From: Cirrosporium novae-zelandiae
Lineage: Eukaryota
Direction of reading: 5' to 3'
DNA: 64,000 nucleotides
Assembly (NCBI GenBank): GCA_026023565.1
Contig: JAPETS010000031.1
Span: 62,001 to 126,000 of the forward strand
The position numbers and the translations under genes were made by a program. Positions 1 to 13,100 of the stretch are shown piece by piece. The stretch's first letter is position 1. Every line of letters starts with the position of its first letter. A model generated the notes under the pieces. That model searched no databases, had not been told where the DNA came from, and saw only the letters and a list, made by a program, of their open reading frames with translations.

Positions 1-1049
1 TCCCTCCCTCCCTCCCCCCCAAAAAAAAACAAAAAAACAATCACAACCAATGAATTAATCAATTCCCCATTTATTCATACAGACTATGACCTTTATGCAA
101 CCCCCCCCCCCCACTCGCACTTAGTAGCCCGATCCCTCAGAAACCCTGGTCGTCGTTAGGATTAGTGTAAAGATTAGATATAAAGATTATAAATCAAACT
201 TCTCATGGGACAAGTTTTTGCGAATTACCTTAGTACTAGTTAGTATGCCTATAGTACGCACCCTCTCTCTTAATTAATAAAAGCAAAGTATAAAAAAAAA
301 AAAGGCAAGTTTGTCCGAATAATTAATTAATTAATTAATTAGCTATTTTGGGATCTCTTGGAATGGAATGGATGGATCAAAAACCTGTAATTGAAAAGAT
401 TATTTTATTTATTTATTGTTGGGGATATGAATGGATGGATGGATGATGGATGTGCTTTAGATGTTAAGGTAAGTATGTGTATAACTAAGCCCCCTCGTTA
501 ATTACTGTAGCGTTAGAAAACCGGTTGTATCCTACGTAGCTTGGGGTGGTACAGTAAGGTAGGCGAGTAACGAGGTTCTTTAATTAGGGCATATTAGCAT
601 AGCATACAACTTGCCTAATTAGTCTATCCCCCCTTAAAGCCCTACCTAGCCTAGACGCAATGGAGCTGAAGAAGAAAAGAAAGGAAAGGAAAGACCCAAG
701 GCCAGAATGATGATAATTATATTGGCTGGGTTGATAGCTTAAAGATATAAGCTGTGTCGTTGTGTCGTTGTCCAAGTACTGTAAATAAATATAGGGCGTT
801 ATAGATACTGTAGGGGCTGGCCATTCCATTTAAGCCTCCTTACTTACTCACTGGCACCCCAAAGTTATGAATTTTATCCTGAATAATTTTTTTTTTTTTG
901 GTTTATGAATTGAATGATAGATTTATCTACCAATAATGACTCGAAAAGGTTGGGTACTATCTACGATAATTACTGATACCGCATTCCGACAACTATATAC
1001 GGTATTGTGTCTCTCACTATCACACATATCACAGAGCCTTTTTTTTTTA

Positions 1050-3990
1050 TGAAACTATAACAGATGTGCCAGGAAGCTGTTCCTCGGGGTATGAATATCT
1101 TATTCTCTTTTTTCTTCTAGCTGCTTCTTTTCTTCTCATAAGTCTTTTACAAGATTATTCAGCTGCCCTTAGCCCAAGTCCGTCTCAATCTCCCCCTCAA
1201 CAAGACCAGTCCAACCCGTTGTTCCGTCGTAATCGAGTTAATATTTTTCTCTCTCTACCGTTTTCTGTGGCACTTGTTGGAAAGAAAGTCTCTGTGTTGT
1301 GTTGGATCATGGGGCAAATGGTGTATAAGTCGTTCAATTGTAGTTGGAGATGCTGCTTGACCTTTATAAGTGCCGATGCTGTCCTGCTATGGTTCTGGCG
1401 AGTTTCTTCCACAAATACCTTTGCAATCTCCTTAATCTCTTGTCTTTCTGAGTAGTCACTGGCTGAAGGTGATCTGGGGAAGATCAAACAGAAAGGCAGT
1501 ACAGTATGCTGCCTGGATCAGGCGAGTTCAACGTGTCTGTCCTGTTGCAACCGATGCGACTCTGTCCGCAGGAGAGGCCTAGGAATATCCAGGGGATCCT
1601 AATTTTGATTCGGTCGGCCCTAGCATGTTTGGATAAGTGCTAGAAGCCTTGTGTTTTAATCCGTTGAATTGTCTATCTTTTTGGAGAGTTGTTGAAACCC
1701 TGATTAACCTCCCTAACAGTCTCCCCCGGTTTCTTCGATAAGCTTACGCCCTCGTAAGCTGTAACCATCTGAAAACCATAACGTGGCAATGAACTAAGAC
1801 GTTAAAACCATAGCAGCATCATAAAACTATTCGTTCTATACACCCGGCCTTGGTGCTCTCATCCCTATGCGTGTTTTAACCCCTTTTTACTGTCTTCCAT
1901 AGCTACGAGAAAAAGGCCTGACTCTTCCTCTTTTTTAGTCTCTGTCAGACCGTCTACCGCTCTGTTTATCATTTCCGTTACCAGAGACTCTTGGTTAGAT
2001 ACCATTTTGTTCAAACGATTCGCTATGTTAGTTAAACGCCATTGCTGTTCCCTTACTTTTTTCTGGGTATCCTCCACTGACAGGTTGGTAGCATGATCTG
2101 CGTTCAAGTCATACCAGGGTCATTCCCACCAGTGATTTGTCCAGGCGCCGCGTGGTTTATTGTCAAGCAGTTAACGTATACAACGGTTGGAACCAACCGA
2201 GTGAGGGCCTTGATGGCTAAGCTCGGCTGAGGGGATCGTTCCCCCCTTCACCTACCATGGCCATTCAGGTGTTGTATGTATACGTGAGATGCAAGGTCAT
2301 TCCTAGCCTGTCTCGGGACCTATTTAATCCTACCTCATCGTCGAGTCTGCGGTGAGGATCTCCCCTATATCCGAACAGGGGACTATCATTTTCAATAACT
2401 AATGCAAAAGTTCGTGGATACATACTGTGAAACCTAGGGAATAGAAGGTCACATACATACATATATATAACCCCCCCTTTTGGCTCGTATAAATTTACTA
2501 CTGACATGGTCGATCGAGAAAAAGGGCAACAATCTAACCAAAGAAAATTTCTCCGGAAGATACAGCCAAATACTCTCCCTCCCTCTATAACTAGGTGTTA
2601 TCTGGTTTCTCGGAAGAGGGCCATCGATCTCATCTATAAGCAACACACCGCAAGAAAAAGGGTTTTGATCACATCAAACATGATTGTTATAAATTTTTCA
2701 GCGTCGCCGACGTATTTTGCGAGTATTTTGCTGACTGATGGGGATGATGCCGTAAAGCAAAAGTTTGTGATAGGTAACAAAACTTCGAACCACGGTGGTC
2801 TTTTCCGGTTCCTTGGGGGCCAAAGAGGAGGTAGATAGATCTCCAACTGAAAAAAAAAGCAGTCAAGCAAAATCAACTCAAGTATAGAAGAATAAGGCAT
2901 CGTCGGCTAAAGATCGTTCCTAATAATATACTGTACCTAGGTAAGTAGCGTGATATAAGCTTCACTGCTGTGCGGAATGCAATGAGGATATATAAATATA
3001 GGGTCTGTAGTAATTCGAGACTGAGAGTTGACTTCCCTCCTCCTTGACTTCTTTGCTTCCTATAAGAGTCCCCTCCCAAACGTGATCCTAGGGAGGCCTT
3101 GAAAGAAACTCTATTTTCAATAATTAGACTAGCAATTCAATTTGAATGGCTTTTTTTGGCTTCCGCCTGGAGCTGTGTTGAAGCAACACGCTTGACCCTT
3201 TGTCGCCTGGCGAAAGCTCGCAGTTTGTGTTGCTTTGTTTCTAACGCCATGTCAATGATGATCTTCTGCACTATTTTCTTGTAGATGTTCGCCTTCAATT
3301 CCTTTATCTTGCAGTTGCATCGTCGCTAGCCCCGAGTTCCTCTGTTGGTTTCCACATTTCTAAATTATCTGGGCCTCTTTTTTTGGAATGAATCAACGGT
3401 CCATCATTCCTTGCAGAAATTTTGACATAAGCTTTGCTTCAAGACCTTCGATAGCTGAGATAACTAGCGGTACAATATCACGGAAATCATTGTAGAGTCG
3501 TATTTTCAGATCGTTAAATCGTCCATTCTTAATGAGTATCGCTAAATTAACGTGAACAATCCAACCTCTTGTTGTATAAAATTGCACGGCTGCAAGCATG
3601 TCACCCACATTAAACCCGACGGAAAGACATACTTCCGAGATCGTTATATGTGTTGGGCAGCTTCCGTGCGTATAATTTTTTAGTTAAAACTCCCTCCTAA
3701 GTTTTCTTTATTTCTTCCTCGTCCTGTTCTGGATCTGTTCTCTTTAGGAACTAACAAATTTGTCACGGCATCTTTGTGAAGGAGAACCGCACGTATACCA
3801 AGAAAGGAAAGCTTGCGTTCAATACTGCGAAAATTCAAGTCTACGTATTCAAGTTATTTTTTTGGTCGTTCTCCATCGTAGTCCTGGGCGTTTTTTTCAG
3901 GCTTGGGCGGATTGAGACTTTCGGTAATCATCTCTTTATATTCAGATCCCAGAAAGTCTTTAGTTGAGGCTTGTTTGCAGCGGACCTTAA
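1050..3990 (-). pseudogene. Decayed coding relic(s) of uncharacterised protein(s), with multiple stops and frameshifts
   Basis: Successive protein-like minus-strand fragments (ORFs 3393-3608, 2634-2900, 2265-2507, 1865-2107, 1197-1487). From ~3990 one frame reads ...ERPKK*LEYVDLNFRSIERKLSFLGYVRFSFTKMP*QIC*FLKRTDPEQDEEEIRKLRREF*LKNY...AVQFYTTRGWIVHVNLAILIKNGRFNDLKIRLYNDFRDI...DR*F, then frameshifts to PDNLEMWKPTEEL and KRVASTQLQAE. No transposase or RT motif recognised. Confidence 0.5.
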
Positions 3991-4904
3991 GCGACGATGG
4001 AAGGGGGAGGGACTAAACTATGCGATGAAGAAGACATGTTAGCTACGGGAAATTTGTATAGGAATGTGTGAGTAAGTCTTGGAACGTATAAGGTTAACTG
4101 TGTATATAAATCATACAGCTATAGTAGCAATGATTATACTATTCCTTAGGGTGGTATTTCTTGTATTGTTATGTATTATAAGTATGGGATAAACATGTGT
4201 GATTTGGAAGATGGTGTAAGTGGAGAGCATGCGATGAAGGTAGGTGAAGAAGGATTAAAATAAAGTAAAGAGAAATAAAGTGAAGTAACGTGAAGTGAAG
4301 TGAAATAAAGTGAAGTAAAGTAATATAGCCTAGCGAGCAAATGATCTATTGATTTTTATTGAACGTGGATTGATTATTTCTAAGAGTGAGAGAAGACTGA
4401 GAATATTAGAGGAAGAAAAAGAAAAGGAAAAAAATAAAAAGGTAGAGAGTTAAGGGGAACACAGCGGGGCACGGGTGGTTCACATGTAAAAAACGAATGG
4501 CAAAATGAAATCTTCCGGTTCTTCGAGGACTCTAGAATAGCACAAATTGACCTAGTTGGTTATTTGGAAGAGTAACAGAGGAGCCTTTATAACAACACGG
4601 CAGAGAGAATTATTTATTCAAGATGACAGCAAATATAATCAAATAGCAATATTAAGGTAACACTGTATAGAATCTCATTCTAGGTATACGAAATAGCATC
4701 ATGAGCACAGAAAACGGGGGCATGGGTTGCACTGTCGGAATGTGAAAGCAGTAACTCATAGAGGATATACATTAGTTGAAAATGATTAATATATAATCAT
4801 ATGCTGATCCGTGCATAGATATATGAGATTAGGTTTTAAGTCTGTCGGGCATCTGTAGAAGATCCAGAGGGTGCGAGATACTAGTAGTAAATGTCATTAA
4901 CACC

Positions 4905-4967
4905 GAGACTGGTGAGACTGGTGAGACTGGTGAGACTAGTGAGACTGGTGAGACTAGTGAGACTAGT
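4905..4967. repeat. 9-bp tandem repeat (GAGACTRGT)x7
   Basis: Seven contiguous units, four GAGACTGGT and three GAGACTAGT. Confidence 0.95.
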
Positions 4968-5970
4968 GACACCTATGATAGATTTATGGAAAGCCTTCAA
5001 CAGATCGGGTTTAAAGGAAAGGAAGCTCGTTCGGTAGTCGGAAGGCGTGTGTATTACCGACTGTTCCAAAAAGAGTAAATCTTCGGTCACCATAGTCTTG
5101 AATAAGTATAAGATTTAAGGCTGAGTCTCTCATAGAATGAGAATCTGACCTCAATTGAGAGGTCGATCAAATACAAATTTGGGATAAGAGCATTGAGTTC
5201 TGACTTCTCCGTCATTGTAATAAAGTATAAAGGTAGGTAAGATAGAAAAAAAAGGGTTTTATTGAGGTCGGTGAGCGGATAGCTTGTTTAATGAATGAAC
5301 CTATAAGCAAACGGTATTATAGCAAGGCTGACGGTAGAATCAGGGATTAGAAATTATTTTCCGCCATCGGTCCGCTCCTCCGACCCAAATCCCTGCTCCC
5401 CGCTCGGCTACAGTCGATGACGAGCGAAGAGCGTGAATTAGACAGGAAATAGACTCTTCAAGCTTTATTCTTCCTAACACAGCAGACATGACAATCCTTG
5501 ATCCACGATGGTCATCCAAGGTACCAGGTTTGCGACCAGGAAACCCCTTCAGGCAGACCATTTAGGAAAATCCTTCGGGCAGATCCTTCGACGCGCCGCC
5601 ATACGTGCAACCTCAATTCGATATCGGTCAACGGTGCTGGAGGAGTCCGCCATGTCGAAAAACGGCATTAAAAGTTCCGACCATTATATATATATAAATA
5701 CCGTCCTGCTGCCTTGAGGGAGGTCCCTCAATCTTCAAGTTATCTTGTTGCCTATCCTGGATTTTATTTGCTTGAATCTCCCCTCATGATCGGAAGCTCC
5801 CGTTACTTCAGTTCGTCTTGACATATTAAATATAATCTCCTCTCCCTACCTGAAATATTTCATTACATCAACTTCACTGGACCTAGAAAATAGCTCGATA
5901 GGTATTTTAGTGGATACACAAGATATTATCCATTCGCGTTTAAAGAAGTCCACCTAATCCTCGACCCAAC

Positions 5971-6956
5971 ATGTTCTCTCTAAAATCTCCCTCATTGGCT
6001 CGTCCTCTCATAGCCACAGCGGTTGTTACAACAGGTGCTTATGCCTGCCACGCATACCTGAGCACTCATCCATTGCACGCAGACTCTGGCCGAAAAGAAC
6101 CTCCAAAGACCTTTGCCGGCGGTTGGTTCAAGGATTTGAAGCTCCAAAGTGTCGAGCAGGTGAATCACAACACCAAGAGACTCCGTTTTCAATTACCAGA
6201 AGAAGATGCTATTAGTGGGCTCCCTCTAGCATGTGCGTTAATCCACATTCATAAACATGACCATCAATTGACGGGCCTTATGAGCTGACCTTAATCTATT
6301 GTACAGCGGCTGTGCTTTCAAAGCACACACCTAAGGGTAAATGGCTACCGGTCATAAGGCCATATACTCCGATTAGCAAGTCAGACGAGCAAGGTCACAT
6401 TGACTTCCTCATCAAGCACTATCCGGATGGTAAAGCAAGTGGACATATGCACTCTCTTACCCCAGGTCAAACAATGTCCTTTAAGGGGCCCATACCTACT
6501 TACAAATGGGATGCCAACGCCCACTCCCATCTTGTCCTCATTGCCGGGGGAATGGGAATTACACCTATGTACCAACTCGTCTGTGGGATCTTGGACAATC
6601 CTGTAGATAAAACGAAAATCACCCTAATATACGGAACTAACACAGACGAAGACGTCCATCTCAAGAAGGATTTTGATAAATATCAAAAGAAATTCCCCAA
6701 CCGGCTTGACGTTCACTACACCGTCAGCCAGCCATCCAAATCTTCTCCATACCGAAAAGGCTACATCACCAAAGAGCTTTTGAAAGAGGTGATGCCTGGC
6801 CCCGAGCAAGGGGAGAAGATCAAGGTAGTATTTTGCGGCCCACCGGCTATGGAGGAGGCCGTTATAGGTAAAGGCAGCATGGTCTACCAAACAGCCCCTG
6901 GTGGAATATTGAAGGAGCTCGGGTATTCGAAAGAACAGCTTCTCCGACTGGGATAA
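5971..6956 (+). CDS. NADH-cytochrome b5 reductase, Mcr1-like (2 exons: 5971-6232, 6307-6956)
   Basis: RPYTP FAD-binding motif, [31 protein letters not shown]-terminal presequence/hydrophobic anchor; intron 6233-6306 (GTGCGT...GCTGAC...TACAG) joins both ORFs in frame. Confidence 0.9.
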
Positions 6957-9900
6957 TTTCGAACTGATGCGTTGGGGGGGATTCGACGGCATTTCTTGTC
7001 TGGGTACATACACTACATATATATAATCCACGTATAAATTAGTCCAAGGGGGGTTCAACCATACCCATATTCCTATTATTCATCTCACATCACAGAATTT
7101 CAATCTGTTCCTCCAAATGAAAAAATTCACAGCCTTCAATATCAACTCAATCCTAGAATATAGTACCTATATAAACAAGTCCACCCTCTACATCTACATT
7201 ACATTATATTACACCTACCTTCCTTGGCCTGATCCCTTTCTTTTCCCCCAAGTCAATCTCCTCCCATCCATCTCCGCACCACATCCTATACATATACAAT
7301 ATAAACCAAAAGAAAAAAGCCCTAACTTATACTATCCATCCATCATCATCATCATCATCCCCCAACACAAAATACAAAAATATATATATTTCCTCAAGCT
7401 AATCTAATAATGGAGGTATTATTTGCTTTGGATGTAGTAGTTTTATTTTAATCTGGTTCATGAACTATGGATGATAGGGAAGGGAGGAAGGGAGGGAGGA
7501 AGCGATGTGGATTATAGGTGATGTTGGTTGTACTGAAAGTCTGAAACGGAAGAAAAATAAAAGGAAAGAAAGAAATTTTGTTTTTGTTTTTTGGATAGTG
7601 GTGTTAATCAACTGTAGTAGCTACCTATGTGTATCCATCTACACATACATTGGCCATCTAATTGGAATTCAGGATATATTAAAAATCTTAAAAGCTGTCG
7701 ACTTACACACCGTTACGCAGGAAGGCTAAAAGAGGCAACCGGAGAGAGAGAGAGTTGGTAGTCTAGCAGCAGAAATAAAACCAAAGAATAGATAATTAGA
7801 AAATAGAATCATCCCTTTTCACCAGCAAATGTATAGTACAATACCATACACACTGCGCCATACTCCTTCCTATACACTACCCAATAATTACTAAATTTTT
7901 AAACCAAACAATCCATCTCGAATCAAATGTAGACTATGCCTTATTAAATAGTTCTCACATGAATAATGCGATTGATTGTCTATCAAATAGTCTACCCCCC
8001 ACCTAGTCTAGAAGCTTCACTACTGCCTTTTTCAAACATTTCATGAAAAGATCTAAAATAAATCCCGGAAGATCATTAATTTTTAGGGTCTTTTGGTTGT
8101 CCGTTACATGTCTCCTCTTGAACTACTTGAACTAGTCTACCTGGTTCCCTTAATTAGTGACTTGTTGGACCTTTCAGCCTTGTGGTACAGTATGGTGGGG
8201 TAAAAGCTTAGTCTACCCCTCGTTACTTTTGTTTTTGGGTCTCGGCGTGCACGAACCCAAATGATAGGGAGAAGTTTTATATTTACTACCCCTCTTATCA
8301 TCTCTTTTAACACCAATGCAGACTACATTATTGACCATCTTTTCATATATTAATATCAGAAATATGCTGGATCTCTCTCTCTCTCTCTCTCTTAGATTAA
8401 CGATGAGCTTATATGTACTGTACTGTACGGGCTATCAGATCTTCACCTTTCATCTTTCCATCCTCCTCTCAGAAGCTTTTTTTTTTCGAAGGAACGATTT
8501 TGGGGATGTGGGGATGGGAATGTGTATTTTTGCTAACTAGCTTGTAGGAGGAGGAGGTTGAGCGGTGAGGTTGTTAGGTTGGCTGATTGTGGATTGTGGA
8601 TTGTGGGTGGTGAGGGTGAGGGTGAGAGGGGGGGGTGTTTGGGCTTGCAGTTGGAATTGGAGTTGGGAGTTGGAGTTGGGAGTGTGCATCATAGGGTATT
8701 GATATAGGCTTGGATCCACAGTAGGTATTCAAGAGGATGAGATGAGATGAGATGAGTTGTTGTTCAACAGGAATAGAAAATAGAGAATCCCACTATCCCA
8801 GCTTTGACAGCACATGCATGTCATTAGTTACATGTACAAAGTATGGTTGGTGGTCCACACGCACACACACATACTTAGAAGATGGTTATGGTTATGGAAC
8901 TCTTAAAGGAGGAGAAGAGAAGTGAAGATAAGATATGTATGAGTGGGGACCAAAAGGGAGGGGGGACAGAGAAAATTGAGAAGGGCAAGGGCAGCGAGCG
9001 AGCAACTAGATGGATCTCTGGAAATTTATATTTCTATTTGAATTTTTTTTTTGGGGGGGGGGGATCATATGTATGAGCTAGTTCAAGAATGATAAGAGGG
9101 AAAATAATAAACGTATAAAGGTTCCTTATTGCCGTAGTGGTAGGATAGACATTAGGGGTAATACTATAGTAGAGGTGCCTATTTATTCAGTCTAGTTGTT
9201 CAGCTTTTTTCCAAAGTCGAATAAGTATGTATATGTACATGTACATACTTGGAAATTTCCGAAAAAGTTCTTAATTAGGGTTATATTTTCCTCTTCCTCC
9301 TTCTCCTTTTCGTAGGAGAGAAAGGGCCTTGCAAGATAAAGGAAACAAGACAAAAAAAATTTGTATTTGAGAAAAGATTAACAAAAGCAAGCAAGTATAC
9401 AGAAATATTCATCTCATCTTCCTTTTTGAAGATTACTGAGGTCTCTTAATAACAGCCTTGGGGGCCATAACATCATCACCATAACGTGAGGTTCTAACTA
9501 TCACTATTATTAAAATCCTTCTTAAAAGCTTATAGTACTACTATACTAGTTTAAATGATAGGGAAAGCCCATATCTATAATACAGTAAGTCGGCTCTGGC
9601 GATTGCATGTTGAGAGTTGAAAGTGCTATAAGCAGGTGATGTTATCCTGTTCAATTGTTGTAAAGACATTTGAAGGACCCGACATGATGTTTACTGAAGG
9701 TTATGATAGTGTCCCTAGCGACCTCTACCGTAATAGCCGCTATAACCGCTATGGTATAGCTACTGCCGTCGCTAGGGAAGGATTCTTATTACTTACTACG
9801 TTCCTCGTCTATGTTTGATCGCCTCTCAGGAAAAGTTCCGACCTCCTGAGTTATAGCCATAAAATAGCTATATAGGGTATTCGTCTATGTACTATAGCGC

Positions 9901-10129
9901 TTATATGGTATCTCTTGCTGCAGCGGTAGACTATTGCCTTTGAGAATTCTAAGCTGAATGATTCCATCAGACTTACTGACAGATAAATTTCAACTTTTTG
10001 CCTGTCAAAAATCCTAAACGTCATCCAGGCATGGAAAAAATATCGAAACGATGTCGAATTGAGCGGATCTATCAACTAGTAATCGATGAAAATTTAAGGG
10101 TCGAAGATAATTTAGCACAATCAAATATA

Positions 10130-13100
10130 TCAAACTTGTTCGGCCAGGCTCTTTGACATCTCTATGCTTCCATTAGCCACTGGCGTAAACGAAAGAGTCT
10201 CAGTTGAAGATTTAAATGGCAGTGGAAGTGACATTTTGCCTTCTCTCTCGAAACCATATCCACCCCCACCAGGTGTTCTGATGACCATTCGGTCGCCCGC
10301 CTCAACACGAACGGAGTTTTTGCCACCAAGATTAATAATTCTTCTGCCGCCTCTTTTCACCCACAAGTTTTGGCCTCTCTCCCCGTTCTCGCCACCATTC
10401 ATGCCGTATGGCTGGAAGCTGCGTCTCTCGGAGAGGATGGATGCGGACATGGGGACCCGAAACTCCACGTCCCGGATAATTCCGTCGCCGCCGGGGTACT
10501 TTCCGGCGCCTCCGCTTCCCTCTCGAAGTGAAAACTGCCGGAGGATGACAGGATAGCGTCGCTCGAGGGTTTCCGGGTCCGTGATGCGGGTGTTGGTCAT
10601 GTTTGTGTGAACGCCGCCGGTCCCTGCCCATGTCGGGCCGGCACCGCTTCCGCCAGCGATCGTCTCGTAGTATCCGAATCCCCCTTCACCGTTAATGCCA
10701 AATGTGAAGTTGTTCATGCATCCTTGGCTTGCCGCGCAGGCTTCGAATGCTTTGAAGATAACATCGACAAGTCTCTGAGAGGTAAGGACGTTACCTGCAC
10801 ACACCGCTGCTTCAAGGGTTGGATTGAGGAGGGATGCTGGAGGAATGATGATCTGGACGGGCTTCATGCATCCGTTGTTGAGTGGAATGTCCGAGTTGAC
10901 TAGACAACGAAGAGAATATAGGACGGCGGAATTACAAATTGCAATAGGAGCATTCCAGTTACCTGGGAAACGTTTAGCTCAGATTGGATGGTTTGTCCAG
11001 GTCTTGACTGTGATATCCTACCATAGACTTCTGGGCCAGTGCCGGTGAAATCGAATACCGCCGATCCCTTGGTTGAGTCAATCTTGATCTTTAAACAAAT
11101 TGCAGTTCCATCGTCCATAAAGTCAGTAGCTTCTAAGCTAGATGTGTTCCGACTCGATGATAACCGTTTGAAGAGGTTTCTTATCGCAAGTTCAGCCGAA
11201 TCCTGAATTGCGTTCATATAAACCTAGCAGCTATTAGCGGATATGTTAAATGTAAAAGTGATTAGGTTTACTTGGACTATATCCATCGTGTATTCCTCAA
11301 TCAACTGCCGAATGAGACGAATACCGCAATTATTTGCTGCCACCTGGGCTTTTAAGTCTGTTATATTATCTTGCAAGCATCTTGTACCACTTGATCCAGG
11401 ATACTTCGCCGGCTCTTCAACCATGAGGCGAGTAAATTCTGCTTCAGCAAACTTGCCGTTTCTCACGAGAAGGAATGATGTAAAGATAGCGCCTTCTTCC
11501 CAAAGCTCTCGAGAGGTTGGAGGCATGGAGCCTGGAAGAATCCCGCCCACCTTTCAGAAGTTAGTATGCTTTACTACGGATTCGAACAAAAAAGGTATAT
11601 ATTCTCACATCTGCATGATGACCTCTGGAGGCAGCCCAGAAAATTATGTCCTTCCCAGATTCATCAAAGACGGGAGTGATTATGGTCAAATCGGGAAGAT
11701 GGGTGCCACCACATTCTAAATCGGTTATTGGTACTGTACAATTGATATTTTGATTATTTTAAATACTTACCGGGTGAATTAGACAGTAGGACATCACCAT
11801 CTTGTAGTTTTCCATCCCACCTGTCAATTTGAGATTTAACTGCAAACGCCATGCTACCAATCATTGCAGGTACATGGGGTGCATTTGCAACAAGATTCCC
11901 TTCGGGCGTGAATATCGCACAGCTGAAATCAAGTCTCTCTTTAATATTTGCGCTAACGCTGACCTTCTGTAGCATTCGTCCCATTTGCTCAGCGATACCC
12001 ATGAACCGATGCCGAAAGACGGAAAGTTGTATAGGATCAATCACCGTAGCACTGACAGATTCCTTGGCCGCCGTTTCAATCTCCAGAACAAGCATGTTTG
12101 TTAATCTTTTCGCCATTGACCCAGGATTGACCAATATAGTTTGCGTATTATCAATAATAAGAGCTGGACCAATAACCTTTGTACCGACAAGGAGAGAGTT
12201 CAAAGAATAAACCGGGGTTGAAAGCCAACCCGACTGCGAGAAATAAACGGGCCGAATAAGCTCAGGCTTTGGAAGGGTAACATCCTCCTTTAAGGCTTCT
12301 AATTCTTCAAATGGTGAAATCTCAGTGTCTGTATTTCCCCTCCCAGTAGCTCGCACCCGGATATCGTCCACAATAACTTTTCGATTCGTCGGAGTGAAGC
12401 CAAATTCCTTGTGATGACAATCAATAAACGTTCGAAGAGAGTCTACTCCTACATCTGCAGACACCATCATGGCCGTATCGCTTCCATCGTAACGCATATT
12501 GAGGAACCGAGAACAATAAATCATGCCTAAGAATCCATCGTTAAGCAATTGCTGACAAGCCTCTTGTTCTATGTCATCAAGGTTACTCTGTATCTCTGGA
12601 AGAATTGCATCATCATAAATCTTCGCGGAGGGCTTCTGGGCCTCATGAACAACGTCAGCCAAGCCGATTCCATAAGCCGATAGCAGAGAGGAATATTTAT
12701 GGATAAGAACCCTCTTAATTCCAAGCATTTCAGCAATGGAGCAGGCATGTTGGCCACCTGCTCCTCCAAAGCATGATAGGTTGTGTAAACTTGGGTTGTG
12801 ACCTCGTGCCTCCGTCAGGCTACGAATTGGCTCACACATGGCAGCATTTGCGACTTTGATAAATCCTTCTGCTACCTCACTCCATAAAAGAGACCTGTTG
12901 GTTTCTCTGTTGATAATCTCAGTTAGGATGGCAAACTTGGAAATAACAATATCGTAATCTAGCATTTCATTTTCCTCTGGACCAAACACGGCCGGAAAGC
13001 GTTCTGGTATCAGCCTGCCAAGGGCTAAGTTGGCATCGGTAAGGGTTAAAGGACCTCCTTTTCTGTAGCAGGCGGGCCCAGGGTGTGATGAAGCACTTTC

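Noticed and set aside
9222..9256. Near-palindrome AAGTATGTATATGTACATGTACATACTT
   Set aside because: Explained by self-complementary TATGTA/CATGTA simple repeats.
7000..9600. Short ORFs (e.g. 7117-7407, 8537-8719, 8882-9076)
   Set aside because: Built from microsatellites and homopolymers in AT-rich DNA; no domain or coherent exon structure.
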